A stretch of DNA of 64,000 nt from Macrostomum lignano. Lineage: Eukaryota. Positions 36,327-51,238 of the stretch are shown here, one piece after another. Within the stretch, counting starts at the first letter, position 1. Each line of letters opens with the position of its first letter. The notes beneath the pieces are model-generated. The model had not been told where the DNA came from. It did no database searches and saw nothing but the letters and a program-made list of their open reading frames with translations. The DNA lies in NCBI GenBank assembly GCA_002269645.1, contig NIVC01000416.1, forward strand, positions 310,001 to 374,000, given 5' to 3'. Position numbers and translations under genes: made by a program.

Positions 36327-36929
36327 TGGGCAGGAAAGGCTGGTACCTGCACTTGCCTTCTTTTTGATGTCCGGTAAGAATCTAGGAGTCCATGAATGAG
36401 CAAAGAGTTAATTTATGGTCAAACAGTCCTCACACCGCTCCCCTAGTGGTGGTGATGCCTCACGGATCGTTACACTCAAGCCAACCCTAGAGCAACTTAT
36501 TTTCAATTTTGGCCTGTACTGACACGATTGGAAGTCATAAATACAGTCTAAATAACTGACTGGCTTGCGTGGGGGTAAAAATCTATCTATATACAACAGC
36601 TCACCTCAAAACAGCCATATCGTTATTTTTCGTTGCAATCTTTTTTTCAGTTTCAACTATTTAGCCAACTGTTAGGGTTGGTAACCATGATAAAAATTTG
36701 GCTCGTAAATAAATAACTCAATATAGTGACTTTGCATGCAGCATTTAGCATGAAGCCTCAGATTTATTTATGTAAATATGTCCGGTATTTTTCAGCAAGT
36801 ACTGATACCCAAGAAACGCAAAGCTTCAATACAAAGTCTGACAATTCTGAAATCTCGTCAAAAAAGCCGAGCTTATAAATACATGTACAGATATAAGTAC
36901 ATGTACGAGCTCGTAACTGATATAAGTTA

Positions 36930-38710
36930 GAAAATAAGAGGAGAGAAAAGGAGAGAGGAAAGAGGAGAAAGGAGAGATGAGAGAGTGAAGGGAAGAGAGA
37001 AAAGATAAGGTTGTAGAGATGAGAGAGATGAAAGGAGAGATAAGAGAGGAGAGAAGAGAGGGAGAGAAAAGAAGAGAAGAGAGCAGAAAGGAAAGAGAGA
37101 GAAGATAAAGTACAGAGCAAAGATAAGTGAGAAAAGATAAGAGAGCAGAGACAAAACAGGAGAAAGGAGAGCTGAGAGCAAAGACGAGAGAGAAGAGAGA
37201 TGAGGGAAGAGACGAGAGAAGAGCGGAGAGAAGAGGCTGAGAGTATAGAGAGAGGCTGAGAGTAGACAGAGGCTGAGAGTGGATAGAGGCTGAAAGTAGA
37301 GAGGCTGAGAGTGGAGAGGCTGAGAGTAGATAGAGGTTAAGAGTAGAGAGAGGCTGAGAAGAGAGAGAAGCTAAAGAGAGAGGAGAGAGGAGAGGGCAGA
37401 GATGAGAGAGAGAAAAGATTAGAGAGGAGAGGCAGGGGTGTCGGAACCTTTTATGCTTTTTAGCATGATCATGCAAGTGCCCTTTTTGAATTTTAAACAA
37501 GTCTTGTCTTGACCGGTTTTGGGCTTTGGCTTTTCTGTCTTGGGAGCTAAGGGTACAAGCTGGAGCGAGAGGGCACCGTTGCTATCCACACCCTAGAGAT
37601 ATCAATGTACATGTATGAATAAAGAATGTACAGTGGCCAGTGGGCAGTAAGGGTTTGCAGATTGCTTGTGATCCCTTCCTCAAGAGCCTTATTCCTTTCT
37701 TCTTTCTCTGCCGTCAACCTCAATCGGGTATGCGGACATACAATATATAGTTCACGTTGTTCTCAACCGCATTCCAATATAGTTTTATCTAATGTGCCTA
37801 AGCCATGCAGGTGCTTTTAGTGCAGGGGTCGGCAAACTTTTTACCTCGGGGCCAGATTGAGAACCCATGCAGCTCATGACTGCCCTTCTGGGTCTGCTTC
37901 GCTGGGCCCCTAAAGCGAAGCGGACCCAGGAGTCCTGATGACAGCGGGCCAGAGGTGAGGAGAGAGGGTAGGGAATAGCGAAGAGAAATACGAGCATAGG
38001 ATGAAGGAGAAGCAAAGGAATAAAGGAGAAGAGAGTAGATGAGAGGAGAGATTAAATAGGAGAGAAGAGAGAGGAGAAGGGAGATTAATGGAGAGGAGAG
38101 AGGAGGGAAGGGAGAAGAGAATGAAGAGGAAAAGGGAGATGAGAGGAAAGAGGTGAGGAGAGAGGAGAGGATAGAGGTGAGGAGAGAAGAGAGGAGAGGA
38201 GAGTAGTGAGGAGAGGAGAGGAGAGGACAAGAAAGAATATGAGAAGAGAGAGGTGAGAGAAGAGAGCTAAGAAGAGACACAAACATAGTGTGGGCTGGAT
38301 TGCTATTGTGAAGATTCAAAGGACCCAAGGAAGGGCCTTGTGGGCCACATGTATTTAGCCTTTTTACTTTGGTTCCGAAACCGCTGAGGAGAGGGCAGAG
38401 ATGAGAGAGGAGAGAGCAGAGATGAGAGAGGAGAGAGCAGAGATGAGAGAGAGAACAGATGATACAGGAGAGGGCAGAGATGAGAGAGAGAAAAGATGAG
38501 AGAGGAGAGGGCAGAGATGAGAGAGAGAACAGATGAGAGAGGAGAGGACAGAGATGAGAGAGGAGAGGGCAGAGATGAGAGAGAGAACAGATGAGAGAGG
38601 AGAGGGCAGAGATGAGAGAGAGAACAGATGAGAGAGGAGAGGGCAGAGATGAGAGAGAAAAGATAAGAGACAAGAGTGCAGAGATGAGAGAAAAGATGAG
38701 AGACAAGAGG
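36930..38710. repeat. GA-rich low-complexity arrays (36930-37430, 37950-38275, 38380-38710), with hAT-like TIR remnants (CAGGGGTCGGCAAAC at ~37825)
   Basis: Purine-only tracts read directly. Confidence 0.85.
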
Positions 38711-39142
38711 GCACTCCAATTTTTGCTTACTTCTATCATAACGAATACCTTTACCCTCTACCTTTAACTTTTAATATATACAAACAACACGTCGGTTTAA
38801 GTATATTTAGATAGGTTTGAAACTATTATCCATGATACAAAAATCAAATGTCTTGTGCTAGTATTGCTACTAGCTTTAGTAGGTAGTAATACCTGCTGTA
38901 AAGGAAAGTGTTTTTTGTTTTACTAATCTAATTTCACCAACGAAATGTCTTTTCCGAGACTTGAAGGTAGGTCAATACCCCACCCCAATCATAGCCAATA
39001 GGAAATGAGGAAATATATAGCTGACCTATTCTTATCCAAGCAGCCACTCAGAGCTGTGGCCATCTTTAGTATGTGGCCATCTTGGTCATGCGCCTAACGA
39101 ACGATTCTGCAGGAAAGCCATTTTACACGGGTCCTATAGTCA

Positions 39143-40327
39143 TTTCGTCAACTGGCGTTTCGTCAACTGGCCATTTCGTCAACTCGGTTTTATCACTGGT
39201 CGTTTCGTCAACTAGCCAATGAAGCGCGATCTCAAACCTAGCGGTCACTTCGTCAACTGGCCAATAAACTACCCCCCCCGCAGCCGCAAAAAAAGTAAAA
39301 CTTAACCCTGAAATGACTAAGTCGACTGGCTAATTAATATTCATGCCCTTCTGCAACATCTGCCGGCTTTCGATCGATGCGTCTCTGCTATACGCTTGTA
39401 CATGTACTAGCACAATATAATGCGCTCATGTGTTTGAAACGTGTGCAGCACGACGGGGTTGACATCCCGTGTTACACATTTGTATATGTTAAATTTTGAA
39501 TGCAGAAGTTAATTAAGAAGTAGTACATGTAGTTAAGGAGAACCCGGACCAAAGATAACGCTTGAAGTGGCCGGGTCCTCTATTCGCAAAACATGCAATA
39601 CATATAGAAAGCATTCCCAATCAAGCCATTACATACATGAATGTATGGTCGTGTATGACTGCGCAACAGGTCGCTTGGACGGAACAGGTCGGCGCGGTGA
39701 TGCAAAAGCCGCGTTGGTCACTCGCGTAGGCAATCTTGAAGGCGGCGCGCAGCAGGCCAGCGTGCGCCGCGTCAACTTGTTGCTCGAGCGACTTCATCAG
39801 CGTCCAGGTCTTGACGTTGTACAGCAGGACGGTCTCGATCACCGCCTCGCCTGGAACAACGCTGCCCTCTAGCGGTCAGCTGTACAGTAAGCTGGCCTCG
39901 GACTGCAGGACTCCCCAGACTACATGTAAATGTACTGTAGCTCAAGCCAGTAGTGTCGGAACATATTCCTTGACTAATTTATATTTAGTATATAGTCATA
40001 TAGATATCTCAGAGTCACCCCAATACTTTGGTCACTTCGTCAACCACCAGTAAAGTCGCCCCAACACTTTGGTCACTTCGTCAACCACCAGTAAAGTCGC
40101 CCCAACACTTTGGTCACTTCGTCAACCACCAGTAAAGTCGCCCCAACACTTTGGTCACTTCGTCAACCACCAGTAAAGTCGCCCCAACACTTTGGTCACT
40201 TCGTCAACCACCAGTAAAGTCGCCCCAACACTTTGGTCACTTCGTCAACCACCAGTAAAGTCGCCCCAACACTTTGGTCACTTCGTCAACCGAGTTGATG
40301 AAACGCCAGTTGACGAAATGACCATCA
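39143..40327. mobile_element. Foldback element with TTTCGTCAACTGG subterminal repeats; 41-bp array at 40017-40290
   Basis: GTCATTTCGTCAACTGGCGTTTC at the left is inverted at 40291-40324; 10-bp direct repeat CCTATAGTCA at 39133-39142 and 40328-40337. Confidence 0.65.
39720..39930 (-). mobile_element. Short degenerate RTE-like LINE fragment
   Basis: AVIETVLLYNVKTWTLMKSLEQQVDAAHAGLLRAAF resembles the post-RT 'ESVLLYGxETWTL..LRxxL' segment of RTE-clade ORFs. Confidence 0.5.
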
Positions 40328-42084
40328 CCTATAGTCAAGGAATGGCCTATATATATATTGTATGATATGATGATACTATTAGTATCAATTTTAATGTAGG
40401 CCTAGGTAAACGCCACTTTCTAAACTATGGATAGGATTTTAATTTGAAAATAAATTTCTTGATTTTACCAAATAATAGTAGGGCCTAATTGCCAATGCCA
40501 TGGGCAATGAACAGTGGCGGATTTAGGGGAGAGGGCGCTATTTTCTTTATAGAGACCGTTAACATAGTATAAGTATTAGTAGTAGTAGTAGTAGTTCGGC
40601 TAAGGCAAATAGACTGTTTGGCCAGTATAAGTATAAGTCAAGTCAATGTATTTAATAATAATTCAAAAAATCAAAAGGAGCGAGGGGACGTTAACATAAC
40701 ATTAATTTTCATCCTAATTTAAATATGCCACGGATTCTACAAAGTTTTCAATGGTTTAAACAAATTTATTGTGCAGATAGGCATCCCAGATAAAATCTCA
40801 TGCTCTTCTGGTTGAGTAATTTTTGTAGTAGCTGAGTGGTCTCGGACAATAAACCGCTTGTTTAAATGACTTGCAATCTGATTTAATGCAAACTTGCTGA
40901 GGGCAATGATCGAAGTCGCAATAACATGCAAACCAGTTTTTTATATCCGAGTCACCGAGTGCGCTTTGTCCGGTAAGCTATACTATTAGTAGTAGATCTA
41001 AGCCGCCATATCGCGGTATCCTGGAGAAGAGTCACCTTGAGTCCGAATACCGCCGCGGCCATCCAAGCCTTGCAAATTGATTGATTTGATTAAAGAAAGC
41101 CAAAATCGAAATTTAAATCTATGGACGTGAAAGTCACAGAAGTAGAATTAGAAAATCAATGTATTTTCTTAATTATTATAACCCTGGCTTCATTTGGCGT
41201 AAGCATCATGCAGCTATATTATATTACTGTGTACATTTTATAGCGTACGCTTACCAAACTGCAAACGAAGTATAATGATCGATTTACATGTATAATCCTC
41301 TAAGTAAATGTGTATGTACATAGCTGCATGAGTATTCCTAAATTGCGCACAGTGAAAATGCATAGTAAACTGTAGTTAACCATAATAATCAAAATAATAT
41401 CGATCGAAGTACATGTATGCATAGGATTGGTATGTACAGCTATATGTCGAGCGTATGCACGTGTGTATTTTTTACTGGCCACCAATTCAAACAGCTATCA
41501 ACAACGCGGTAAACATATATGCCTGGGTACAGTTGCAGTTTGCGCCACTGCAGGGATGGCACAATTTTTTACCGCGGCCAGCGCGGGCAAAATGTCAGAT
41601 GAAGCTGCACGAGAGTGTACGTGCAGTGCAGGATGCTGGATGCAAGGATTCTCGGAGGGAAAGGGAGAAAAATCCAACCGTATATACATTGCCTTTTTGC
41701 CTTATAGAGTGATTTGGCTAAACCAGTGGTAACTGGAATTCTAGCTTTCACTTTGTACGCTGTGCGCACGTCCATGCATGGTAGTCTACAGCAATTGCAT
41801 TTCAGACCTCTGCGTAGAACGGCCGGATCTGCGCGGTCTTCCCAAAGAGGGAAAGCGAAAGAAATCCAAAAAATGGAGCAAGAGGAGAAACGCGTGACGG
41901 ACGGGCACGCATCGCCAGCATACGAAGCTGAGCTTGTAGTGACCGAACGGGACTGTCTTTTGGTCAGGCTAGCTTAACAGCACCTACTTTTATTGTTGTT
42001 TACAGACTACCTAGTGTACGAAGTATTAATATGTAAATACAAGTTCATAAGATATCGATATTAAAAATATTACTATGAGCTAAG

Positions 42085-42335
42085 GAAGATAGACAGAGAT
42101 TAGGAAGATAGACTCGGATCAAGATGATAGACACTGAGATTAACTGAGATTAAGATGATAGACACTGAGAGATTAACAGATTAAGATGATAGACACTGAG
42201 ATTAACTGAGATTAGGATGATAGACACTGAGAGATTAACAGATTAAGATGATAGACACTGAGATTAACTGAGATTACGATGATAGACACTGAGATTAACT
42301 GAGATAAGATATAAATAGACAATGAGATTAAGATG
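42085..42335. repeat. ~30-bp degenerate minisatellite (GATTAAGATGATAGACACTGAGATTAACTGA) downstream of GAPDH
   Basis: Tandem units read directly. Confidence 0.8.
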
Positions 42336-42929
42336 ATACAGCCACTGAAAAGCGGAGACAGGAGGCAACATATTACACAGGGAAAACCTTAAATATAAAT
42401 AAGCAAAGTCTATTGCCAAACAAGTTCTCTTAATACTTCTAATAGTTATATGCGTTCTGGGTGAGAGACAAAGTCTGCTTTTTTCGAAGCTGTTAATATA
42501 TTTCAAAGAGATATTATTTGATTGCTCTGCAAAGTAAAAGTAAACACAGCAACAAGTCTTTGTTGTCAGAGAAAACTATATTGAGTAGGCGGATGTTGCT
42601 AACAATGTTGCTACGCGGGTGCAAACTAATTTAATAACTCTGTGCAGGTGAAAAAAGAGAGAAACGAACGACAATGGGTTGAAGTTTATCACACCGGATT
42701 AGTCTGACTATAAATAAAATAATATAATTGCTGAACTAGAAAAGAAAAGCGTTCCTACAAGATTGTTGACTAGAGATATTATAGTAACTCTACATGTGGA
42801 TATTATCAATACTATGATTGATTGGGTAATAAAGTGTTTTAAACAACTATCTGAAACTGCTAACTAGTACTATAATTAGATTAGTTTTATAGAGTCAGTC
42901 TGAGTCTCTCGAGATCTTTCACTCGATCT

Positions 42930-44977
<2,048 letters not shown>

Positions 44978-47220
44978 TTATTTGTGTTTTATAAGTTTTA
45001 TACTTAGAGCAAAAGTTAGATAAAGATTGCTAGACAAAGAGCATGCATTTAAATTATTAAAGTTGAAGGTTTTAAATTACAATAATTTGTATTGGTATCA
45101 ACATAGAGCATATTTTATTTATGAGATTTTGCTACATATATATCAGAAAGATAAACAAAAAGTCAAACTATTTTTATTTTGTTTTACTATAGACATTTCA
45201 CTAATAATAGGAATGTCACACCTATTACCATTATATAGCAACTTACTTTTGCTAAGCTAAAATTGTGCTAGACATTTTGGCATAAACTAGACAATCTCTA
45301 TCTAGTTTGGTATTCATTTTCTTTGTTAATTAATATATGAAAGCCATCATATGTACAACTGGCTTTTTAAACACAAATTTAAGAGGCCAAATTTAAAACC
45401 AAGTTGCCAGTTGGTGTTGTCAAAAATTAAAATAAAATACCAAAATCTCTACTAGAGACTAGTTTATATAGAAAATTTGTCTCTAGGAGCCATTTTGTCT
45501 AGTAGGTTACATTTTCTAATCTGCATGACTTAAAATTTAAGAGAGAATCAAATATAGTTATACTATAGCATTTATGCAAAAATGAGCATTTTCACAAATA
45601 GAAACACTTAGTTTTAACAAGGAGACAAAGCTAGACAAGCTAGACAATGTTGTAAAAGCGACAATTCTAATTCATAAATTTTAGAAATAGCTCTATTAGC
45701 CCAAAATCAAAGACCTATTAGGATATTATTTTTTGTTAAAGATAGACACTTGACCAGCCTAGTCAATAATATGTTTACTAGAATTATTCGATCAAAACTA
45801 GGGCCCAATTTATAAATAAATATTTATTTTAATTTTTGTAAAATTCGCTTAAGCACAAAATATCTCAAAACATTGCAGTGCATCAATGCATCATGACAAG
45901 AAAATAACAAGCATAAAGGATCGAATGAATTCTTCTTATTTGCGTTTTTTATATACTAATATAGCTTGTTCGAGTTGAGATAATAAATCTTTACTCTTTG
46001 CCTGGCTACTTCATTTTTAAATTGAAAATCATGCGACTAGATACTAGATAGACGAAGTACAGGCTACTATCATCATGATTGGCCAATTTATTTTTTTTGA
46101 TTCATGATTGATTTACAATAGGTTTATTCTAATCAGAATCACTCTGATAGCACAAAGCTTCTCACCAATATTATTGCAATCAATCTTGCAGCTGCCTATT
46201 CTATTCTGTATCGCTCGCTCGTACAACACGTCCACGGTCCAACTCTCCATGAATAAGCGCGAAATAAATTTTTACTTTTAAATTGATGTTCGAATCTTTA
46301 TCACGATGAGTATATCAAATTTAACCAGTCCTAATATCATTGCTGCTGAACCAACATAGGCTTTGAAATTTCTTTACAGAAAAAATCCAAGGTGAAATAT
46401 GCTTGGCCTAAGTCTGCATATCTAACTAGTGAAGCTGAATAATTAACGCAAGTACGCGGCTTATAAAATGTTACATGGAAATGCTATTTTTACCATGCAT
46501 CTTCGACCATAGATAGTTTATTACTGTTTATACTAGTATTTGATCTTAACAAGAAAAATTCTTATAAATTACGCGTTAAGTAGTTGATAATGTACAACTG
46601 TTGTAGCGGTGATCAGACTACAATCTGCACTCTTTAATTTATTATCTATGGCAAATGGCAATTTAATTGTTTGCGGTTGTTAGAGCTGCGTCTATATAGT
46701 AGATACGTTAAGCTGTCTGCCGCACATATTATACTTACTTACTTAATTTATTACTTTACTTTAAGTAAGTATTTTAAGCAATTACTTTTTAAAAAGAATT
46801 TTAATTATTGTCTATGAAATATCATGTTAAAAAAAGATCGATCGGCTCGCGCTTCTAGTCCAATTCCTGAAATTTTAGCTGTCGCAATTAACATGCCGCT
46901 TCGTTTAATTGTAACTCCTTTTGAGCCGATACATAGCTGTTTCAAAGATAAATTGAGTTAGGAATATAATATTACTATAGTGGTCCTTTCGAGCTAAAGT
47001 AAAGTAGTCTAGTAAAGGCCTAAGAAATATGCATGGCTACAACTGGTATAACCTATTAACCTGGGGGGGGCAGGGGCGTCGCTATGGATTTTATACTGGA
47101 ATAGTGGGGGGACAAAAAAGTAAAATTTTTACTTTACATGTATACATGCAGGTACAAGTACATGACTAAGTCTACATTTAATTTTTTTTAGAATCGGTCT
47201 AGTCTGCACTCGCAGTTTAG

Positions 47221-47325
47221 CAGGCACTCATTTTAGCGCCGCAGGCACTCATTTTAGCGGTCCAGGCACTCATTTTAGCGCCGCAGGCACTCATTTTGGT
47301 GCGGCAGGTGCTATATTTTAGCGCC
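47221..47325. repeat. 21-bp repeat (CAGGCACTCATTTTAGCGCCG)n, same family as 18305-18605, inverted
   Basis: Reverse complement matches the 18.3-kb unit. Confidence 0.8.
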
Positions 47326-47363
47326 CTGAAGCAAAATTACATTGATTTCCACAACGGGTCACA

Positions 47364-48994
47364 AGATTATATTTTCAAAATATTTCACTAAACCTTGCCT
47401 GCTTTGTTGCTTTTCGAATTTTACAGGGCTTAAAATTTAAAAAAATTTCTTTAGCTATTGATGGAATAGATCTACCGATATGTAGCGTAAATAATTTTAC
47501 ACACTGCACGATTAGCATGCTTCTGTTTTTACAAGCATACGTTAGTACGTACTGCTTTACTGCAGCCTCCAACTGTTTCTGTCTCCCTCACCCTCTGTCT
47601 CCCTCACCCTCCCTGTCTCCCTCACCCTCCCTGTCTCCCTCACCCTCCCTGTCTCCCTCACCCTCCCTGTCTCCCTCACCCTCCCTGTCTCCCTCACCCT
47701 CCCTGTCTCCCTCACCCTCCCTGTCTCCCTCACCCTCCCTGTCTCCCTCACCCTCCTTGTCTCCCTCACCCTCCCTGTCTCCCTCACCCTCCCTGTCTCC
47801 CTCACCCTCCCTGTCTCCCTCACCCTCCTTGTCTCCCTCACCCTGTCTCCCTCACCCTCCTTGTCTCCCTCACCCTCCCTGTCTCCCTCACCCTGTCTCC
47901 CTCACCCTCCTTGTCTCCCTCACCCTCCTTGTCTCCCTCACCCTCCTTGTCTCCCTCACCCTCCCTGTCTCCCTCACCCTCCTTGTCTCCCTCACCCTCC
48001 CTGTCTCCCTCACCCTCCCTGTCTCCCTCACCCTCCCTGTCTCCCTCACCCTCCCTGTCTCCCTCACCCTCCCTGTCTCCCTCACCCTCCCTGTCTCCCT
48101 CACCCTCCCTGTCTCCCTCACCCTCCCTGTCTCCCTCACCCTCCCTGTCTCCCTCACCCTCCCTGTCTCCCTCACCCTCCCTGTCTCCCTCACCCTCCCT
48201 GTCTCCCTCACCCTCCTTGTCTCCCTCACCCTCCCTGTCTCCCTCACCCTCCCTGTCTCCCTCACCCTCCCTGTCTCCCTCACCCTCCTTGTCTCCCTCA
48301 CCCTGTCTCCCTCACCCTCCTTGTCTCCCTCACCCTCCCTGTCTCCCTCACCCTGTCTCCCTCACCCTCCTTGTCTCCCTCACCCTCCTTGTCTCCCTCA
48401 CCCTCCTTGTCTCCCTCACCCTCCCTGTCTCCCTCACCCTCCCTGTCTCCCTCACCCTCCCTGTCTCCCTGACCCTCCCAGTCTCCCTCACCCTCCCTGT
48501 CTCCCTGACCCTCCCAGTCTCCCTCACCCTCCCTGTCTCCCTCACCCTCCTTGTCTCCCTCACCCTCCCTGTCTCCCTCACCCTCCTTGTCTCCCTCACC
48601 CTCCTTGTCTCCCTCACCCTCCTTGTCTCCCTCACCCTCCCTGTCTCCCTCACCCTCCTTGTCTCCCTCACCCTCCCTGTCTCCCTCACCCTCGCTGTCT
48701 CCCTCACCCTCGCTGTCTCCCTCACCCTCCCTGTCTCCCTCACCCTCCTTGTCTCCCTCACCCTCCCTGTCTCCCTCACCCTCCTTGTCTCCCTCACCCT
48801 CCTTGTCTCCCTCACCCTCCCAGTCTCCCTCACCCTCCCTGTCTGTCTCCCTCACTCCCACACAGTGCATGCACTAGACTGACGCCAGCAAATCACTGTA
48901 CAGCCTGTGTTAGCCATGTGCACGCGCAGACTTATTGCTTGTACCGGCAAACAACAGATCAAGCAGCCTCACCTCAATGACAGCCCGTTTGCAC
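47364..48994 (+). other. Dispersed copy of copine segment 55864-57710 (22 nt of exon, donor site and intron with 18-bp minisatellite at 47580-48848)
   Basis: Unique flanks align on both sides of the (TCTCCCTCACCCTCCCTG)n array; GGGTCACA direct repeat at 47356-47363 and 48995-49002. Confidence 0.9.
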
Positions 48995-49160
48995 GGGTCA
49001 CAAGAGGTGGGGTAGAGGTGGGAGGGGGGACATTCTCCTTGCCCCCCTTCTCCCTCGGTGTCGCCGCGCCTGCCTGCAGAAGGGACTCAGTTGATGCACA
49101 GGTTGCGCGCGGTATTTATTGCTGCTGTTGAATTTAACTGCAAATTCCCATGTGCATTTC

Positions 49161-50335
49161 GGGTACCTCTCATTTCGCCGATTCTCGTTTCGCCGACAAT
49201 CTACATTTCGCCGATTCTCGTTTCGCCGACAATCTACATTTCGCCGATTCTCGTTTCGCCGACAATCTACATTTCGCCGATTCTCGTTTCGCCGACAATC
49301 TCACTTCACCGATTCTCGTTTCGCCGAAATTAATTTCATAACCATCTGGACATTAGACCATAGACAACTACACTAATGCAAGTGTGATTTAGATGCATGT
49401 CTATGACTTAAAAAATAAAGTTAAAATTAAGAATTCTTCCTTCTGCAAGATCAGACCAAGGACGACTTAAGTAGAAGGACGGGAAACCTCGTTTCTTAGA
49501 AGAGTTTTGAAGGCACTTTTTCCCGAAAAAATACACTACGGAGATAGGAAGTTTTAATTTTTTCAGCACAAAAATTGTTATTGCGTTTGATAGGAGGCAG
49601 ATCCAGTGTTCATCTTTTGATATGTTGTGCCTTTTTTATTGCTCTATCGATATTTATAAAGCTTTTCGTTCAGGAAATTAGGATTCTATGTTAATTTTTT
49701 ATTCTTCGTATATTTTCGCGTGTCTTATGCTTGAAATACATTAGAATGCCACGTCTCGGCTCTTTGGTTTTATGAGTCTTTTTTATCATTCTTACCCGAC
49801 TGTGTAGCAAATATTTGTAACAGAGATGATAAAATAGGTTCATAAAACCAAATATTGGAGCTGTGTCATGCATTTTTGTGATTTTTAGATACAGGAAATA
49901 TACTTAGAATAAAAAATTAACATAGAATCCTAATTTTCTGAACGAAAACTTTTATAAATATCGATAGAGCAATAAAAAAGGCACAACATATCAAAAGATG
50001 AACACTGGATCTGCCTCCTATCAAACGCAATAACAATTTTTGTGCTGAAAAAATTAAAACTTCCTATCTCCGTAGTGTATTTTTTCGGGAAAAAGTGCCT
50101 TCAAAACTTTTCTAAGAAACGAGGTTTCCCGTCCTTCTACTTAAGTCGTCCTTGGTCTGATCTTGCAGAGACACTACTTGAATTAGTGTAGTTGTCTATG
50201 GTCTAAATAAAACGAGAATCGGCGAAATGAGATTGTCGGCGAAACGAGAATCGGCGATATGAGAATTTCGGCGAACCGAGATTCGGCAAAATGAGATTCG
50301 GCAAAACGAGAATCAGCGAAATGAGAGAGGTACCC
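49161..50335. mobile_element. Foldback MULE-like non-autonomous element, 1175 bp, 9-bp TSD
   Basis: GGGTACC...GGTACCC termini; GTGCATTTC at 49152-49160 and 50336-50344; 33-bp subterminal repeats (TTTCGCCGATTCTCG...); ~265-bp near-perfect inner inverted repeat 49442-49705 / 49904-50169. Confidence 0.85.
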
Positions 50336-50853
50336 GTGCATTTCTGTTGATCTTTTAATTATTAATGATATGAAGTAGCTCTTCACTGACGAAATGGATT
50401 GCTAAAATAGTTGCAAGCTACTGATTATTGCTACAACCTAATTTATATGATTGGCAAGAGCTGGGCTCTCCAGAGAGGAAAGCTGCTGGCATGGTGTCCA
50501 AGGAGATCTCGATCAGAACCGGAACCTGCAGTGCTGCAATTAATATACTCTCTTCCTAACGCGGTGTCCATTTTTAGACAACTGCATGTACATGTAGGCC
50601 GAATGTATTATAAGACTCTCGATGGGACGTTAAAAAAATTAAAATAATGTCCTAGAGATGCAGTAAAACGAAGCCTCGAAAGTATGCCTTTGTACATACA
50701 TGTATAGTGTGCTTTTTAGAAGTGTTTTTTTGGCCACATTAATTAGAAGGCACTTTCGATCTTGTCACCCCAAGCGAGAAGATGGAAGGATTTGGTGTTT
50801 TACAAGTTGATTTTGTTTTTATTGAATAATGATAGCGTTCTAATACGCATGTA

Positions 50854-51200
50854 GCGGTTGTAGCCAAGTGGTTTGAGCGTCTAGGGCTAGGTCGTCTAGA
50901 AGTTAGGTTGGGGTTTGATTCTCGACCCATTTGGAACAATTTGTTGTCCTTGAGCAAAGAAATTACTCGTAAGACACTTAACTCTGCATTGCTTCAGTTC
51001 ACTCAGCTGTAAAATGGGTGCCAGCATTATAGCAGGGGAAATTGAGGGTGTGGCGACCCCCCAGTCCTTGGACTGAACAGCCGTACGCAGCCTTCAGATG
51101 CGCCGCGCAATAGCTGCGGCTGAGCTGTCGGTTGCACGTCTGCCTGTAGGACAGGTGTAAAGCATAAAAGTGAATACACTGTGTTGGATAAGTCGCCTAT
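50854..51200 (+). mobile_element. tRNA-derived CORE-type SINE, near full length
   Basis: A-box TAGCCAAGTGG, B-box GGTTTGATTCT, CORE-like CACTTAACTCTGCATTGCTTCAGTTCACTCAGCTGTAAAATGGG; body GTGGCGACCCCCAGTCCTTGGACTGAACAGCCGTACGCAGCCTTCAGATG shared with copy at 1-212. Confidence 0.75.
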
Positions 51201-51238
51201 GTTTACAAGTATCTTGGATTATCAATGCGAACTTACAG

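Larger units (their letters stand above)
35049..39094 (+). mobile_element. Decayed Mutator-like (MULE) element, ~4 kb
   Basis: Imperfect TIRs GGTGTAAGACCAAGATGGCCACA...TGTGGCCATCTTGGTCATGCGCC enclose a broken transposase-like ORF and GA-rich arrays; TSD not found. Confidence 0.5.

Noticed and set aside
41427-41977. Short + strand ORFs at 41.4-42.0 kb and 50.4-50.6 kb
   Set aside because: No recognisable domain or consistent splice structure.
47070-49075. hAT-type MITE (CAGGGGCGTCGC...GTCGCCGCGCCTG) as carrier of the copine-intron copy
   Set aside because: The termini match poorly and have no TSD. The insertion has its own direct repeats, so at most it landed inside an old element.
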